DNA of 64,000 nucleotides from an uncultured Chloroflexia bacterium (lineage in GTDB: Bacteria; Chloroflexota; Limnocylindria; Limnocylindrales; CSP1-4): assembly GCA_963813335.1 (NCBI GenBank), contig CAWEYL010000003.1, forward strand, positions 224,001 to 288,000. The letters run 5' to 3'. Below the pieces are notes generated by a model. That model saw only the letters and a list, made by a program, of their open reading frames with translations. It did not search any database and had not been told where the DNA came from. Below are positions 52,056-61,181 of this stretch, in pieces (position 1 is the stretch's first letter; each line of letters starts with the position of its first letter). Both the position numbers and the translations under genes were made by a program.

Positions 52056-54047
52056 ATGGGCTACCGCATCGACATCAACCAGGCGGGCTGCATCAACTGC
52101 GGCGTCTGCATGGACGTCTGTCCGGTGCAGGCGCTCGACATGACACGGCCCGATCATCCGGGCATCGAGGCGGGTCCCGGCGGCGGACCGCTGCGCTGGA
52201 CGATGGAGCATCCGGTCCAGGTCGGCGAATGCATCGGCTGCTCGATCTGCATCCGCGAGTGCCCGGTCGAGGTCATGGACCTCGTCAGCGTCGACGGCCC
52301 GACGCCCCTCGCCGAGCGCCAGGGGCCGATCACCCGTCCCGAGCCCACTACCGGGTGGATCCCGTGGTCGGCGATCACGCGCGAGGCGCTCAAGCCGACG
52401 AGGGTTTCGCCGTTCGAGGGCGGCTATCAGACCCGCAACCGGCCGAAGCCATGGCAGGTCTGGTCGACCATGGTCGAGCCGGACGTGGCCCCGCTGGCCG
52501 CGCCGTGCCAGGAAGCCTGCCCCGCCGGGACCGATGCCGGCCGCTACGTCGGGCTGATCGCCCAGGGGCGCTACGACGACGCGTATGCGGTGGCGGCCGA
52601 GGTCAACCCGTTCCCGTCCGTCTGTGGCTGGATCTGCACCGCCCCGTGCGAGGCGGCCTGCCGGCGCGGGACGCTCGACGAGCCGATCGCGATCCGGACG
52701 CTCAAGCGGTTCGCCGCCGAGCACGGCACCCTGCCGCCGGTCGATCCCCCCAAGGTCCGCCGCGAGGAGCGCGTCGCCATCGTCGGCGGCGGTCCCGCCG
52801 GCATGTCGGCCGCCTACTACCTGATCCGTCTCGGCTACGGCGTGACGGTCTTCGAAGCCATGCCCATCCCCGGCGGCATGATGGCCATCGGGATCCCCGA
52901 ATACCGGTTGCCGCGCGAGACGCTCCAGGCCGAGATCGAGCGCATCGTCGGGCTGGGCGTCGACCTGCGGCTCGACGCGGTCATGGGTCGGGACTTCACG
53001 CTGAGCGGCCTCGAGCAGGAGGGCTTCAAGGCCATCTTCCTGGCCACCGGCGCCCCCAAGAGCCGGCGCCTCGGCGTCCCCGGCGACGGCTCGCGGGGCG
53101 TCGTGCCCGCCACGGTCTTCCTCAAGCAGGTCAACCTCGGCGAGCGGCCGCGGCTGTCCGGTCCGGTCATCGTCGTCGGCGGCGGCAGCACGGCGATGGA
53201 CGCCGCGCGATCCGCCCTGCGCAGCGGCGCCGAGTCCGTGACGGTCATGTACCGGCGCGGGTTCGCCGAGATGCCGGCCCAGGCCGAGGAGGTCGAGGCC
53301 GCCCGCGCGGAGGGCGTCGCCTTCCGCATCGGCGCGGTCGTGACCGAGGTCATCGCTCCCGACGGGACGACGACCGGGGTCCGGTACGCCGAGCAGGCCC
53401 CGACCGGCGAGAGCCAGGGCGGACGCGCGGTCTGGGCAGCGGTCCCGGGCAGCGAGGCCACCATGTCGGCGTCGACGATCCTCGTCGCGGTCGGCGAGGA
53501 GCCCGACCCGTCGATCCTCCCCGAAGGCGCAGGCATCGAGGTCAGCGCCTTCGCCGGGATCGTCGCCGACCCACGGACCCTCTCGACCGGACATGCCGGG
53601 GTCTTCGCCGGCGGCGACGTCGTGTCGGGTCCCAAGACCATCATCGATGCGGTCGCGTCCGGCCGACGGGCCGCCGGCGCCATCCACGAGTACCTCGCCG
53701 GCGCTCGCGACGGCGAGGCCGAGATCATGGCCACGGTCCGCTATCGCACCCCGGTCGAGACGAGCCTCACGCTCGACCTCGCGCCGCGCGCCCGGGCGCG
53801 CCAGCCGCTGCCGATCTACGAGCCCGGCTCCTTCCGGGCCGGCCAGGTCGGCTTCGACGCGACGACCGCGATGGCGGAGGCGTCGCGCTGCTTCCGCTGC
53901 GACGCCGTCTACGGATGCCCGACGGTGGCCGTCACGACGGGCCGCGGCCCGGCCGACGGACCCGGCAGGCAACCCGACCTACCCGCGCCGGTCGTCGGCG
54001 CACCCACCCCCACGTCCACGTTCCCGGCAGCAGGAGGAGATCGATGA
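52056..54047 (+). CDS. Ferredoxin-fused GltD/NfnB-like FAD/NADPH oxidoreductase
   Basis: CINCGVCMDVCP and CIGCSICIRECP (2x[4Fe-4S]), PCQEACP/CGWICTAPCEAAC, GGGPAG, GGGSTAMD, YRRG and C-terminal EASRCFRC. Confidence 0.88.
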   Translation: MGYRIDINQAGCINCGVCMDVCPVQALDMTRPDHPGIEAGPGGGPLRWTMEHPVQVGECIGCSICIRECPVEVMDLVSVDGPTPLAERQGPITRPEPTTGWIPWSAITREALKPTRVSPFEGGYQTRNRPKPWQVWSTMVEPDVAPLAAPCQEACPAGTDAGRYVGLIAQGRYDDAYAVAAEVNPFPSVCGWICTAPCEAACRRGTLDEPIAIRTLKRFAAEHGTLPPVDPPKVRREERVAIVGGGPAGMSAAYYLIRLGYGVTVFEAMPIPGGMMAIGIPEYRLPRETLQAEIERIVGLGVDLRLDAVMGRDFTLSGLEQEGFKAIFLATGAPKSRRLGVPGDGSRGVVPATVFLKQVNLGERPRLSGPVIVVGGGSTAMDAARSALRSGAESVTVMYRRGFAEMPAQAEEVEAARAEGVAFRIGAVVTEVIAPDGTTTGVRYAEQAPTGESQGGRAVWAAVPGSEATMSASTILVAVGEEPDPSILPEGAGIEVSAFAGIVADPRTLSTGHAGVFAGGDVVSGPKTIIDAVASGRRAAGAIHEYLAGARDGEAEIMATVRYRTPVETSLTLDLAPRARARQPLPIYEPGSFRAGQVGFDATTAMAEASRCFRCDAVYGCPTVAVTTGRGPADGPGRQPDLPAPVVGAPTPTSTFPAAGGDR

Positions 54048-54676
54048 CGCCAGAACAGGTCCCGGGATTCTTCGACTTCGGCGAGGGGTTCATCGAAGGG
54101 ACGATCGGCGCGGCACTCGTCGCGCTCTGGATGCTCGCCCTCGCGCTGTTCCTGGCGCGGCCGTACATGGCCGCGAACACGCACAAGTTCACCCTGCGGC
54201 TGGGTGCCGACCTGTGGTGGATGATCTACGTCGCCCTTCGCGACATCCTGCTGCTCCAGGTCTTCCTGGGCAGCTTCATCTTCTTCTACCCGGACGTCGT
54301 GAGCGGCAAGGAGCTCCCGATCACCGGCGGGATCGCCGCGGTCTGCGCCTTCGCGGTGCTGCTCATCAAGCTCATCAAGGGCGACCGCGAGCTCAGCTGG
54401 TACCGGGCACAGGTCCTGCTGCTCGGGCTCGGGGCGACGCTCTACATCGTCCCGTACTTCCTCGGGGTCCAGGTGACCAACTTCGCCGGCGACAACGACG
54501 TCGCGAACACGCTGTCCTCGGCGCTCGTCAGCAGCAACAACGTGGACGTCGCCCTCTACCTCTGCTACCTGTCGGCGTTGCTCGTCGGCATCCTCGCCGC
54601 GATCGCGGTGATCTACAACTTCCGCCAGACCGCAGGCCACGCGCGCCTCGACCAGGGAACGGAGACCGCCCGATGA
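54044..54676 (+). CDS. Uncharacterised polytopic membrane protein A (210 aa)
   Basis: AGGAGGAG RBS, ATGA overlap, about 5-6 TM helices, ARPY...TLRLGADLWW...RD motif. Confidence 0.85.
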   Translation: MTPEQVPGFFDFGEGFIEGTIGAALVALWMLALALFLARPYMAANTHKFTLRLGADLWWMIYVALRDILLLQVFLGSFIFFYPDVVSGKELPITGGIAAVCAFAVLLIKLIKGDRELSWYRAQVLLLGLGATLYIVPYFLGVQVTNFAGDNDVANTLSSALVSSNNVDVALYLCYLSALLVGILAAIAVIYNFRQTAGHARLDQGTETAR

Positions 54677-55332
54677 CCGGCGACGAACTCGCGACCGCGC
54701 TGACGTCCGGTGGGTCCGCCTGGCTGGTCCTCTCGATCGCAGCGATCCTGCCGATCCTGTGGTCGTTCGCGATGGTCCTGCACTTCGCGCGACCGTACGT
54801 GATCCGCTTCCTCCAGACGCTCACGCTCCGCTTCGGCGGCGACGTCTGGTGGCTGTCCTACGTGCTCATCCGCGACGCCCTGCTGACCATCGTGCTGGCG
54901 ATGAGCGTGATCATGCTCATGCCGAACCTGTACATCGGGCTGGGGCTGCCCCTGACCGCCCCGTTCGCCGTCGTCCTCCTGCTGTGGGCGATGGTCATCA
55001 AGCTGATCCGCGACGCGGACGACGACCCGGCGGCGTTCCGGCTCGTGAGCGGCCTGCTCGTGGCCGCCTCGGTCCTCTACATCGTCCCGCAGATCTACGG
55101 CCTGGAAGCGGCCGACCAGGTCGAATGGCTCGACCAGTACGGCCTCGGCTGGATCCCTGGCGCCCTGAGCGCCTCGAGCGGCGACCCGGCGGTCGTGAAC
55201 TCGTGGGCCTGGCCGATCCTCATCATCAGCCTGGTGCTGTTCGGCCTGACGGCCGCCGCCCTCTTCTTCCGGTACCTGCTCGGTCTCGGCCGGGTCGAGA
55301 CCGCGCCAGTCGAGGCGCCGGCCGCCAAGTAG
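54673..55332 (+). CDS. Uncharacterised polytopic membrane protein B (219 aa), paralogue of A
   Basis: ATGA overlap; ARPY...TLRFGGDVWW...RD, IKLI and LYIVP shared with A. Confidence 0.85.
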   Translation: MTGDELATALTSGGSAWLVLSIAAILPILWSFAMVLHFARPYVIRFLQTLTLRFGGDVWWLSYVLIRDALLTIVLAMSVIMLMPNLYIGLGLPLTAPFAVVLLLWAMVIKLIRDADDDPAAFRLVSGLLVAASVLYIVPQIYGLEAADQVEWLDQYGLGWIPGALSASSGDPAVVNSWAWPILIISLVLFGLTAAALFFRYLLGLGRVETAPVEAPAAK

Positions 55333-55344
55333 GCTCGAGGCGCG

Positions 55345-55379
55345 GACCGGGCGGACGGCCGAAGCCATCCGCCCGGTTT
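55345..55379. terminator. Stem-loop terminator after the oxidoreductase operon
   Basis: ACCGGGCGGA...TCCGCCCGGT arms followed by TT. Confidence 0.65.
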
Positions 55380-55400
55380 CGGGCTGGTCGGACCAGAGGG

Positions 55401-56063
55401 TCAGGCCTTCGTGGTCGCCTCGTCGGCCGTGTCTGCAGCCGTGTCGTCCGCCGTGTCGTCGGTCGTCCCGTCGTCGGCGAGGATCCGGTAGAGGGACCGG
55501 CGCGCGTCGGCGAGGACCTTGCGCGCCTCGTCCCGAGCGGCCGGTGATCCGACCCGATTCACCTGGGTGGCCGCGACGTTGAGCTCCCGGATGAGCCCGC
55601 CGAGGTCGTTGCCGCCCTCGTGCCGCGTCCAGGGGCGATCCGCCGGGACGGCCTTCGCGGCCGCCTGCCCGGTCTCGGTGAGCGAGAACGTCTTGCGGCC
55701 GTCGCGATCCTCGGCCGTGACGAGGCCCTCGTCCTCGAGCTGCTGAAGGGTGGGATAGACCGAGCCGGCGCTGGGGTGCCAGCGGCCGCCCGACCGGTCC
55801 GCCAGCTCCTGCATGACCTGGTAGCCATGCATCGGCTGCTCGGCGAGGAGGCCGAGGATCGCGTCGCGGATGATGCCGCGCCGCATCTGGAAGCGGCCGC
55901 CATGGGGACGGGGCGGGCGGCCGTGGCCGTGGCCGCCGAGTCGGCCGCCGAGGCCGCGCATCCGGCGGCTGCCGGGACGCTCGACCGACAGGGCGTCGTC
56001 GGCGTGGGGGTGGTGGTGCGGGCGGCCGTCAGGGCCGGACCCGTGTGTCCTGAAATCGATCAC
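55401..56063 (-). CDS. PadR family transcriptional regulator
   Basis: RDAILGLLAEQPMHGYQVM, PSAGSVYPTL and ARRSLYRILA; AAGGA RBS and GTG start. Confidence 0.9.
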   Translation of the reverse strand: MIDFRTHGSGPDGRPHHHPHADDALSVERPGSRRMRGLGGRLGGHGHGRPPRPHGGRFQMRRGIIRDAILGLLAEQPMHGYQVMQELADRSGGRWHPSAGSVYPTLQQLEDEGLVTAEDRDGRKTFSLTETGQAAAKAVPADRPWTRHEGGNDLGGLIRELNVAATQVNRVGSPAARDEARKVLADARRSLYRILADDGTTDDTADDTAADTADEATTKA

Positions 56064-56117
56064 TGGGATGTTCCTTGGGTCTGGTATGGGTTGGTTCGTT
56101 GCTTGCGAGCTCGCGCT

Positions 56118-56150
56118 ATCACGATATATCGAGTTATGTCGTGATGTCAA
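56118..56150 (-). promoter_or_regulatory. PadR promoter with palindromic operator
   Basis: TTGACA (56145-56150, minus strand); ATCACGA/TCGTGAT inverted repeat enclosing CGATATATCG. Confidence 0.7.
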
Positions 56151-56187
56151 GCCCTCCTCCTTGCCGCGGGGACGCTACTGTCTCGAC

Positions 56188-56655
56188 ATGCGGATCGAAG
56201 GGGCCAGGTTCGGCCATGTGAACGTGACCTCTCGCGACTGGCGGCGCCTCGCCGACTTCTACCGCGATGTCTTCGGGATGGAGCAGGCCGGTCCCGAGCG
56301 GGATATCTCCGGCGCCGACCTCGACCGTGCGACCGGCCTGGTCGGCGCGCACCTGCGGGGAGCCCACCTTCGCCTGCCGGGCGGCGGCGACGATGGCCCC
56401 ACCCTCGAGATCTTCAGCTATGAGGTCATGGCGCCGGATCCGGGAACGGCCACGCCGCACCGCGCCGGCTGGGGTCACATCGCGATCATGGTCCCGGACG
56501 TCCCCGCGGCCCAGGAGGCCGTGGTGGCCGGCGGCGGAGCGATCCTCGGCGATGCCGTCACCATGGCGACCAAGGACGGCCGGCGCCTGACGTGGGGCTA
56601 CGTCACCGACCCGGACGGCAACATCCTCGAGCTGCAGACCTGGCACGCCGGGTGA
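56188..56655 (+). CDS. VOC/glyoxalase family protein
   Basis: FGHVNV, FYRDVFG, GWGHIAI and DPDGNILEL. Confidence 0.88.
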   Translation: MRIEGARFGHVNVTSRDWRRLADFYRDVFGMEQAGPERDISGADLDRATGLVGAHLRGAHLRLPGGGDDGPTLEIFSYEVMAPDPGTATPHRAGWGHIAIMVPDVPAAQEAVVAGGGAILGDAVTMATKDGRRLTWGYVTDPDGNILELQTWHAG

Positions 56656-56709
56656 CCCCTCCCCGGCGCTACACTCGGACGGTCAACCGCTCCGCAGGAG
56701 GCCGCCCCC

Positions 56710-58623
56710 GTGGCGAGACCCTACGTTCGACTGACCCAGCCCCTCGTGCGCGACGCGAAGGGCGGCGAGCTTCGACCCGCGACGTGGGACGAGGCGCTGG
56801 ATCGCGTGGTCGCCGGGTTCGAGGCCGCGAAGGCGGCCCACGGCCCGACGACCTTCGGGACCTTCAGCTGCTCGAAGGCGACCAACGAGGTCAACTTCGC
56901 GGCCCAGAAGTTCAGCCGGGCGGTCCTGGGCAGCAACAACATCGACAGCTGCAACCGGACCTGACACGCCCCGAGCGTCGCCGGTCTGGCGACCGTGTTC
57001 GGTGCCGGTGGTGGCACGAATTCATACCGTGAGGTCGAGGACGCCGATCTGATCGTCCTCTGGGGCAGCAATGCCCGCGAGACCCATCCGATCTTCTTCC
57101 ACCACGTCCTCAAGGCCGTGCGCAAGGGCGCCCGCCTCTACGCCATCGACCCGCGGCGGACGTCGTCCGCGGAGTGGGCCGATGTCTGGCTGGGGCTCGA
57201 CGTCGGCTCCGACATCGCGCTCGCCAACGCCATCGGTCGCGAGATCATCGATGCCGGGCTCGAGGACGAGCGCTTCATCGGCCGCGCCACCGAGGGCTTC
57301 GAGGCCTATCGGACCAAGGTCGACGCGTACACGCTGGACTACGCCGAGCGCGAGACCGGCGTCCCGGCGGAGACCATCCGCGAGCTCGCGCATGCCTTCG
57401 CCACGGCCGACAAGGCGATGATCTGCTGGACGCTCGGCATCACCGAGCACCACAACGCGGTCGACAACGTCCTGGCCCTGATCTCGCTGGTGCTGCTGAC
57501 CGGCCACGTCGGGCGGTATGGCAGCGGCGTGAACCCGCTGCGCGGCCAGAACAACGTCCAGGGCGGCGGCGACATGGGCGCGCTCCCCGATCGCCTCACC
57601 GGGTTCCAGCACGTGGAGAACGACGCGATCCGCGCCAGCTTCGATGCCGAATGGGGCGTGACGGTCCCGCCGAAGCGCGGCTGGCACCTGTCGGGGATGT
57701 TCGATGCGATGGAGCGCGGCGACCTGACCGCGGTCTACTGCATCGGCGAGAACCCGGTCCAGTCCGAAGCCGACCAGAAGCGCGCGATCGAGCTCCTGTC
57801 CGGGCTCGACTTCCTCGTCGTCCAGGACCTGTTCCTGACCAAGACTGCCGAACTGGCCGACGTGGTCCTGCCGGCCACCGCGGCCTGGGCCGAGAGCGAG
57901 GGCACCGTCACCAACTCCGAGCGGCGCGTCCAGCGGGTCCGCAAGGCGGTCGAGCCGCCGGAAGGTGCACGCGACGACCTCGCGATCGTCTTCGAACTCG
58001 CGAACCGGATGGGCGCGGGCTGGGGCCAGCCGGACCCGGAGGCCGTGTGGGACGAGGTCCGCCGGCTCTCCCCGGTCCACGCCGGCATGAGCTACGCCCG
58101 CCTCGAGTCGGAAGGCGGGCTCCAGTGGCCGTGCTGGGACGAGACCCACCCGGGCGAGCTGTACCTGCACAGCCGGCTGTGGGAGGACCCGATGCCCGGC
58201 GACCGGGTGCCGTTCGTGCCGGTCGACCACGACCCGCCGGTCGACAAGCTCGATGCGGACTTCCCGATCCGGCTCACGACCGGCCGCCGGCTGGACTCGT
58301 ACAACACGGGCGTCCAGACCGCCGGCTACACGTCGCCGCTGCGGCGCGGGGAGTCGCTCGACATGTCGCCCGAGGATCTCGCGCGGTTCGGCCTCGCCGA
58401 GGGCGAGGTGGTCCGGGTGGTCTCGCGGCGCGGCCAGGTCGAGGTCGCGGTGCGCCTCGACGAATTGCTCCGCCCGGGTCTCACGTTCATGACCATGCAC
58501 TTCCAGGACGAGGTCGCGGTCAACCTGCTGACCATCGACGCCACGGACCCGAAGTCCGGCACGGCCGAGTTCAAGGCCACGGCCATCCGCATCGAGAAGC
58601 TCGAGGTGCCGGTCGGGGCCTGA
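56710..58623 (+). CDS. fdhF: Selenocysteine formate dehydrogenase catalytic (Mo/W-bisPGD) subunit; in-frame UGA at 56962-56964
   Basis: NNIDSCNRT-U-HAPSVAGL joins two track ORFs in frame; RGQNNVQG, EGTVTNSERR and LTTGR motifs. Confidence 0.93.
56977..56993 (+). promoter_or_regulatory. Bacterial SECIS element
   Basis: GUCGCC-GGUCU-GGCGAC hairpin 12 nt after the UGA, resembling the fdhF SECIS loop. Confidence 0.85.
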
Positions 58624-58634
58624 CCGGCACGCTG

Positions 58635-59894
58635 CTACCCGGTGGTCGTGGGCGTGTCGTCGTCCGCGGGTGGGGCGGTCGGCGGCGTGGCGGGCGGCGC
58701 GACGGGTGCCGGTGCCGCAGGCGGGGCGGTCGGCGTCGGTGCGGGAGTGGTCGGCGTCGGCTTGAATGCGGTCGAGCCGGCGCGACTGGCCGCGCTGCTT
58801 GCCGCGGAACCGGCCGCCGTGGTCGCCGAGGTCACCCAGGCCGGACGGCCGGAGAGGTAGGCCACGATCCCGACGATCGCCACGCCGATGAGGACGAGCA
58901 GGGTCAGACCGCGCAGGTCCTCGAACGTCGCATCCATCACCGTCCGGACCGCGCCGGCGACGCCGAGGTTGGCGATCCCGCCGACCAGCACGTCCTCCAT
59001 GGTGCGGATCGCGAAGCGGGCGATCAGGAACGCCACGATGGTGCCGATCGCGAGATAGACCACCATGTGCCGCCGGTTGCGCGCGAGCCACAGGCTCACC
59101 GCCAGCAGCACCACGCTCAGGATCACCAGCAGGATGACGATGATGTCGAACGCCTTGACCGCGGCGCGCGCCGCCTCCAGTCGCGCGGACGGCATCAGCT
59201 GGATGGTCCCGAAGTCAGCGGGCACGGTGATGCCGAGCGCGCTGTTGAGCCGCTGGGCCAGCGTCCCGGGTGCCTCGGGTGCGGACAGATCCGGGAGCAC
59301 GACCTCCGGCGGGATGATGCCTGCCGCCTGGAGCTGCTCGAGCGCCTTGCCCACGATGGGGAAGACATCGAGCGTGACGTAGCCGTTCACCACGTTGACG
59401 TTGTCGGCCTCGTCCCGGAGCAGGCGCATCACCTGCTCGTGCGTGAACGACAGCGAGTTGACGAGCGCGTCCTGCGTCCGCGGGTCGGCGAGGACGACCT
59501 GCAGCCGCTTGTCGACGCCGTCCTGGACGGCCAGTGCGATCGTCCCGGCGAGCGGCTTGAGCGCATCGGGGAGACGCGCCTCGAGCCGCCCCTGGACGTC
59601 GATGGCCTCGACGACCTGGGCGCTGATCCGCGCGCTGACCGGGTCGATGATCGTCGGGTCGGTGACGACCGTCTCGACGAGGGCCGTGAAGCGCTCGGTC
59701 TTGAACGCGACCTGGTGCGCCCAGACGGCCACCGTGGACACGACGACCGAGAGGCACGCCAGGACGAAGACGACGGCGAGCAGTGCACGTCCGCCGCGCG
59801 ACAGCGGCGCCCTCGCCGGCTTGGCGGGTGGCACCGGCGTGAACATGTGGGGCTCCGGAACCGCCGGCGTCGCTGGCTTGTTGGCTGCGTCCAT
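58635..59894 (-). CDS. Hypothetical membrane protein with Pro/Thr/Ala-rich tail
   Basis: GGAGGA RBS; N-terminal TM, large extracellular domain, then 3 TM helices. Confidence 0.8.
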   Translation of the reverse strand: MDAANKPATPAVPEPHMFTPVPPAKPARAPLSRGGRALLAVVFVLACLSVVVSTVAVWAHQVAFKTERFTALVETVVTDPTIIDPVSARISAQVVEAIDVQGRLEARLPDALKPLAGTIALAVQDGVDKRLQVVLADPRTQDALVNSLSFTHEQVMRLLRDEADNVNVVNGYVTLDVFPIVGKALEQLQAAGIIPPEVVLPDLSAPEAPGTLAQRLNSALGITVPADFGTIQLMPSARLEAARAAVKAFDIIVILLVILSVVLLAVSLWLARNRRHMVVYLAIGTIVAFLIARFAIRTMEDVLVGGIANLGVAGAVRTVMDATFEDLRGLTLLVLIGVAIVGIVAYLSGRPAWVTSATTAAGSAASSAASRAGSTAFKPTPTTPAPTPTAPPAAPAPVAPPATPPTAPPADDDTPTTTG

Positions 59895-60052
59895 CCCGTC
59901 CTCCTCGCGGATCCGTCGGAACGACCTCCAACAGTAGCAGGGGCCCGACGGCACCGAACGGCGCACGGGGACTCCCTTGACATCGACCCCTCCGGTGCGA
60001 GGATGCAGGTTCGTCGTCCGACGAGGACCTGCAGCGCGTGGAGGAGTCCGTC

Positions 60053-60376
60053 GTGGCCAAGTACCTGTTTCATGGGTCGTACACCCAGGCCGGCATCAAG
60101 GGGGTCCTCAAGGATGGGGGCACCGGCCGTCGCAAGGCCGTCGACGCGCTCGCCAAGAGCCTCGGCGGTTCCGTCGACTCGATGTACTGGGGGTTCGGCA
60201 AGGACGACTTCTACGTGATCGCCGAGCTGCCGACCGCAGCCGCCGCGGCAGCGCTCGCGGCCACGACCGGCGCGTCCGGCGCGGTCTCGATCAGCACGGT
60301 CGTGCTGCTCACGGCGAAGGACATCGACGCCGCCGCCAAGCTCCATCCGGACTACCGGGCGCCCGGCGCGAAGTAG
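60053..60376 (+). CDS. GYD domain protein
   Basis: SYTQAGIKG, MYWGFGKDD and YRAPG; GGAGGAG RBS; TTGACA at 59977. Confidence 0.88.
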   Translation: MAKYLFHGSYTQAGIKGVLKDGGTGRRKAVDALAKSLGGSVDSMYWGFGKDDFYVIAELPTAAAAAALAATTGASGAVSISTVVLLTAKDIDAAAKLHPDYRAPGAK

Positions 60377-60403
60377 CCGATCCGGTCGCGGCGTGGCCGC
60401 GAG

Positions 60404-60793
60404 TCAGGCCGGCTGGACCACCGGAAGGCCTGCCTCGCGGGCCGCGGCCGCCAGGCGTTCGTCGTACGTGACGAACGCATCGAGCTCGGGGCCGATCTCG
60501 AGCGCGGTCGCGAGGTGGATGGCGTCGAGCGTCCGCAGGGTGGCCGGCGCCAGGCTGGCGGCGATCGAGCCGACGGCCGGACTCAGCAGGACGATGGACA
60601 CCGACCGGAGCACGGCGTCGACATGGCCGGGGGCCACGACCTTCCGGGCGACCGCGCGTCTGGTCTCGATGGCACCCACATGGCTCGTGACGACGCGGTC
60701 CGCCTCGACGTACCACCGACGCATCGGGGCCGCATCACGTTCGTCGAGGACGAGCTTGACCAGGGCGGACGAATCCACGTAGGCAAGCGTCAT
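60404..60793 (-). CDS. vapC: PIN-domain toxin VapC
   Basis: YVDSSALVKLV, LRTLDAIHLATA and TYDERL. Confidence 0.92.
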   Translation of the reverse strand: MTLAYVDSSALVKLVLDERDAAPMRRWYVEADRVVTSHVGAIETRRAVARKVVAPGHVDAVLRSVSIVLLSPAVGSIAASLAPATLRTLDAIHLATALEIGPELDAFVTYDERLAAAAREAGLPVVQPA

Positions 60794-61098
60794 CGATCAT
60801 CCTCGTCTCGCATCCGGAGCAGGAGGTCCGTCAAGGTGGGGCCATCGGGATCCGGATCCGGGAGCGGCTGCGGGATGTCGGCCGGCCGGATCTTGGCCAA
60901 TGCGATCCGGCCGTCGGCGATCATCTGGTCCACCTTCGAGGACAATGTCGAGGGCCGCGGGCCGAGCTGCGCGACGGGCTGCCCGTGCTCCGTGACGTCG
61001 AACGATTCGCCGGCCTTCACGCGGTCCAGGTAGACGCTCAGGTTCTGGCGCAACTCCCGAACCCCGACGCGGGCCGGCCGGTCGCCGGTCTCGCTCAT
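60790..61098 (-). CDS. Phd/YefM family antitoxin
   Basis: VGVRELRQNLSVYLDRVKAGE..VTEHGQPVA; ATGA overlap; TAGCACA direct repeats upstream. Confidence 0.9.
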   Translation of the reverse strand: MSETGDRPARVGVRELRQNLSVYLDRVKAGESFDVTEHGQPVAQLGPRPSTLSSKVDQMIADGRIALAKIRPADIPQPLPDPDPDGPTLTDLLLRMRDEDDR

Positions 61099-61181
61099 GT
61101 AGCACATGGTAGCACAATCGCCCACCCGACTCGCGAAACGGCGGCGGGCTCGGCCTGGCGCCGGCGCTACACTCGGCCGCG

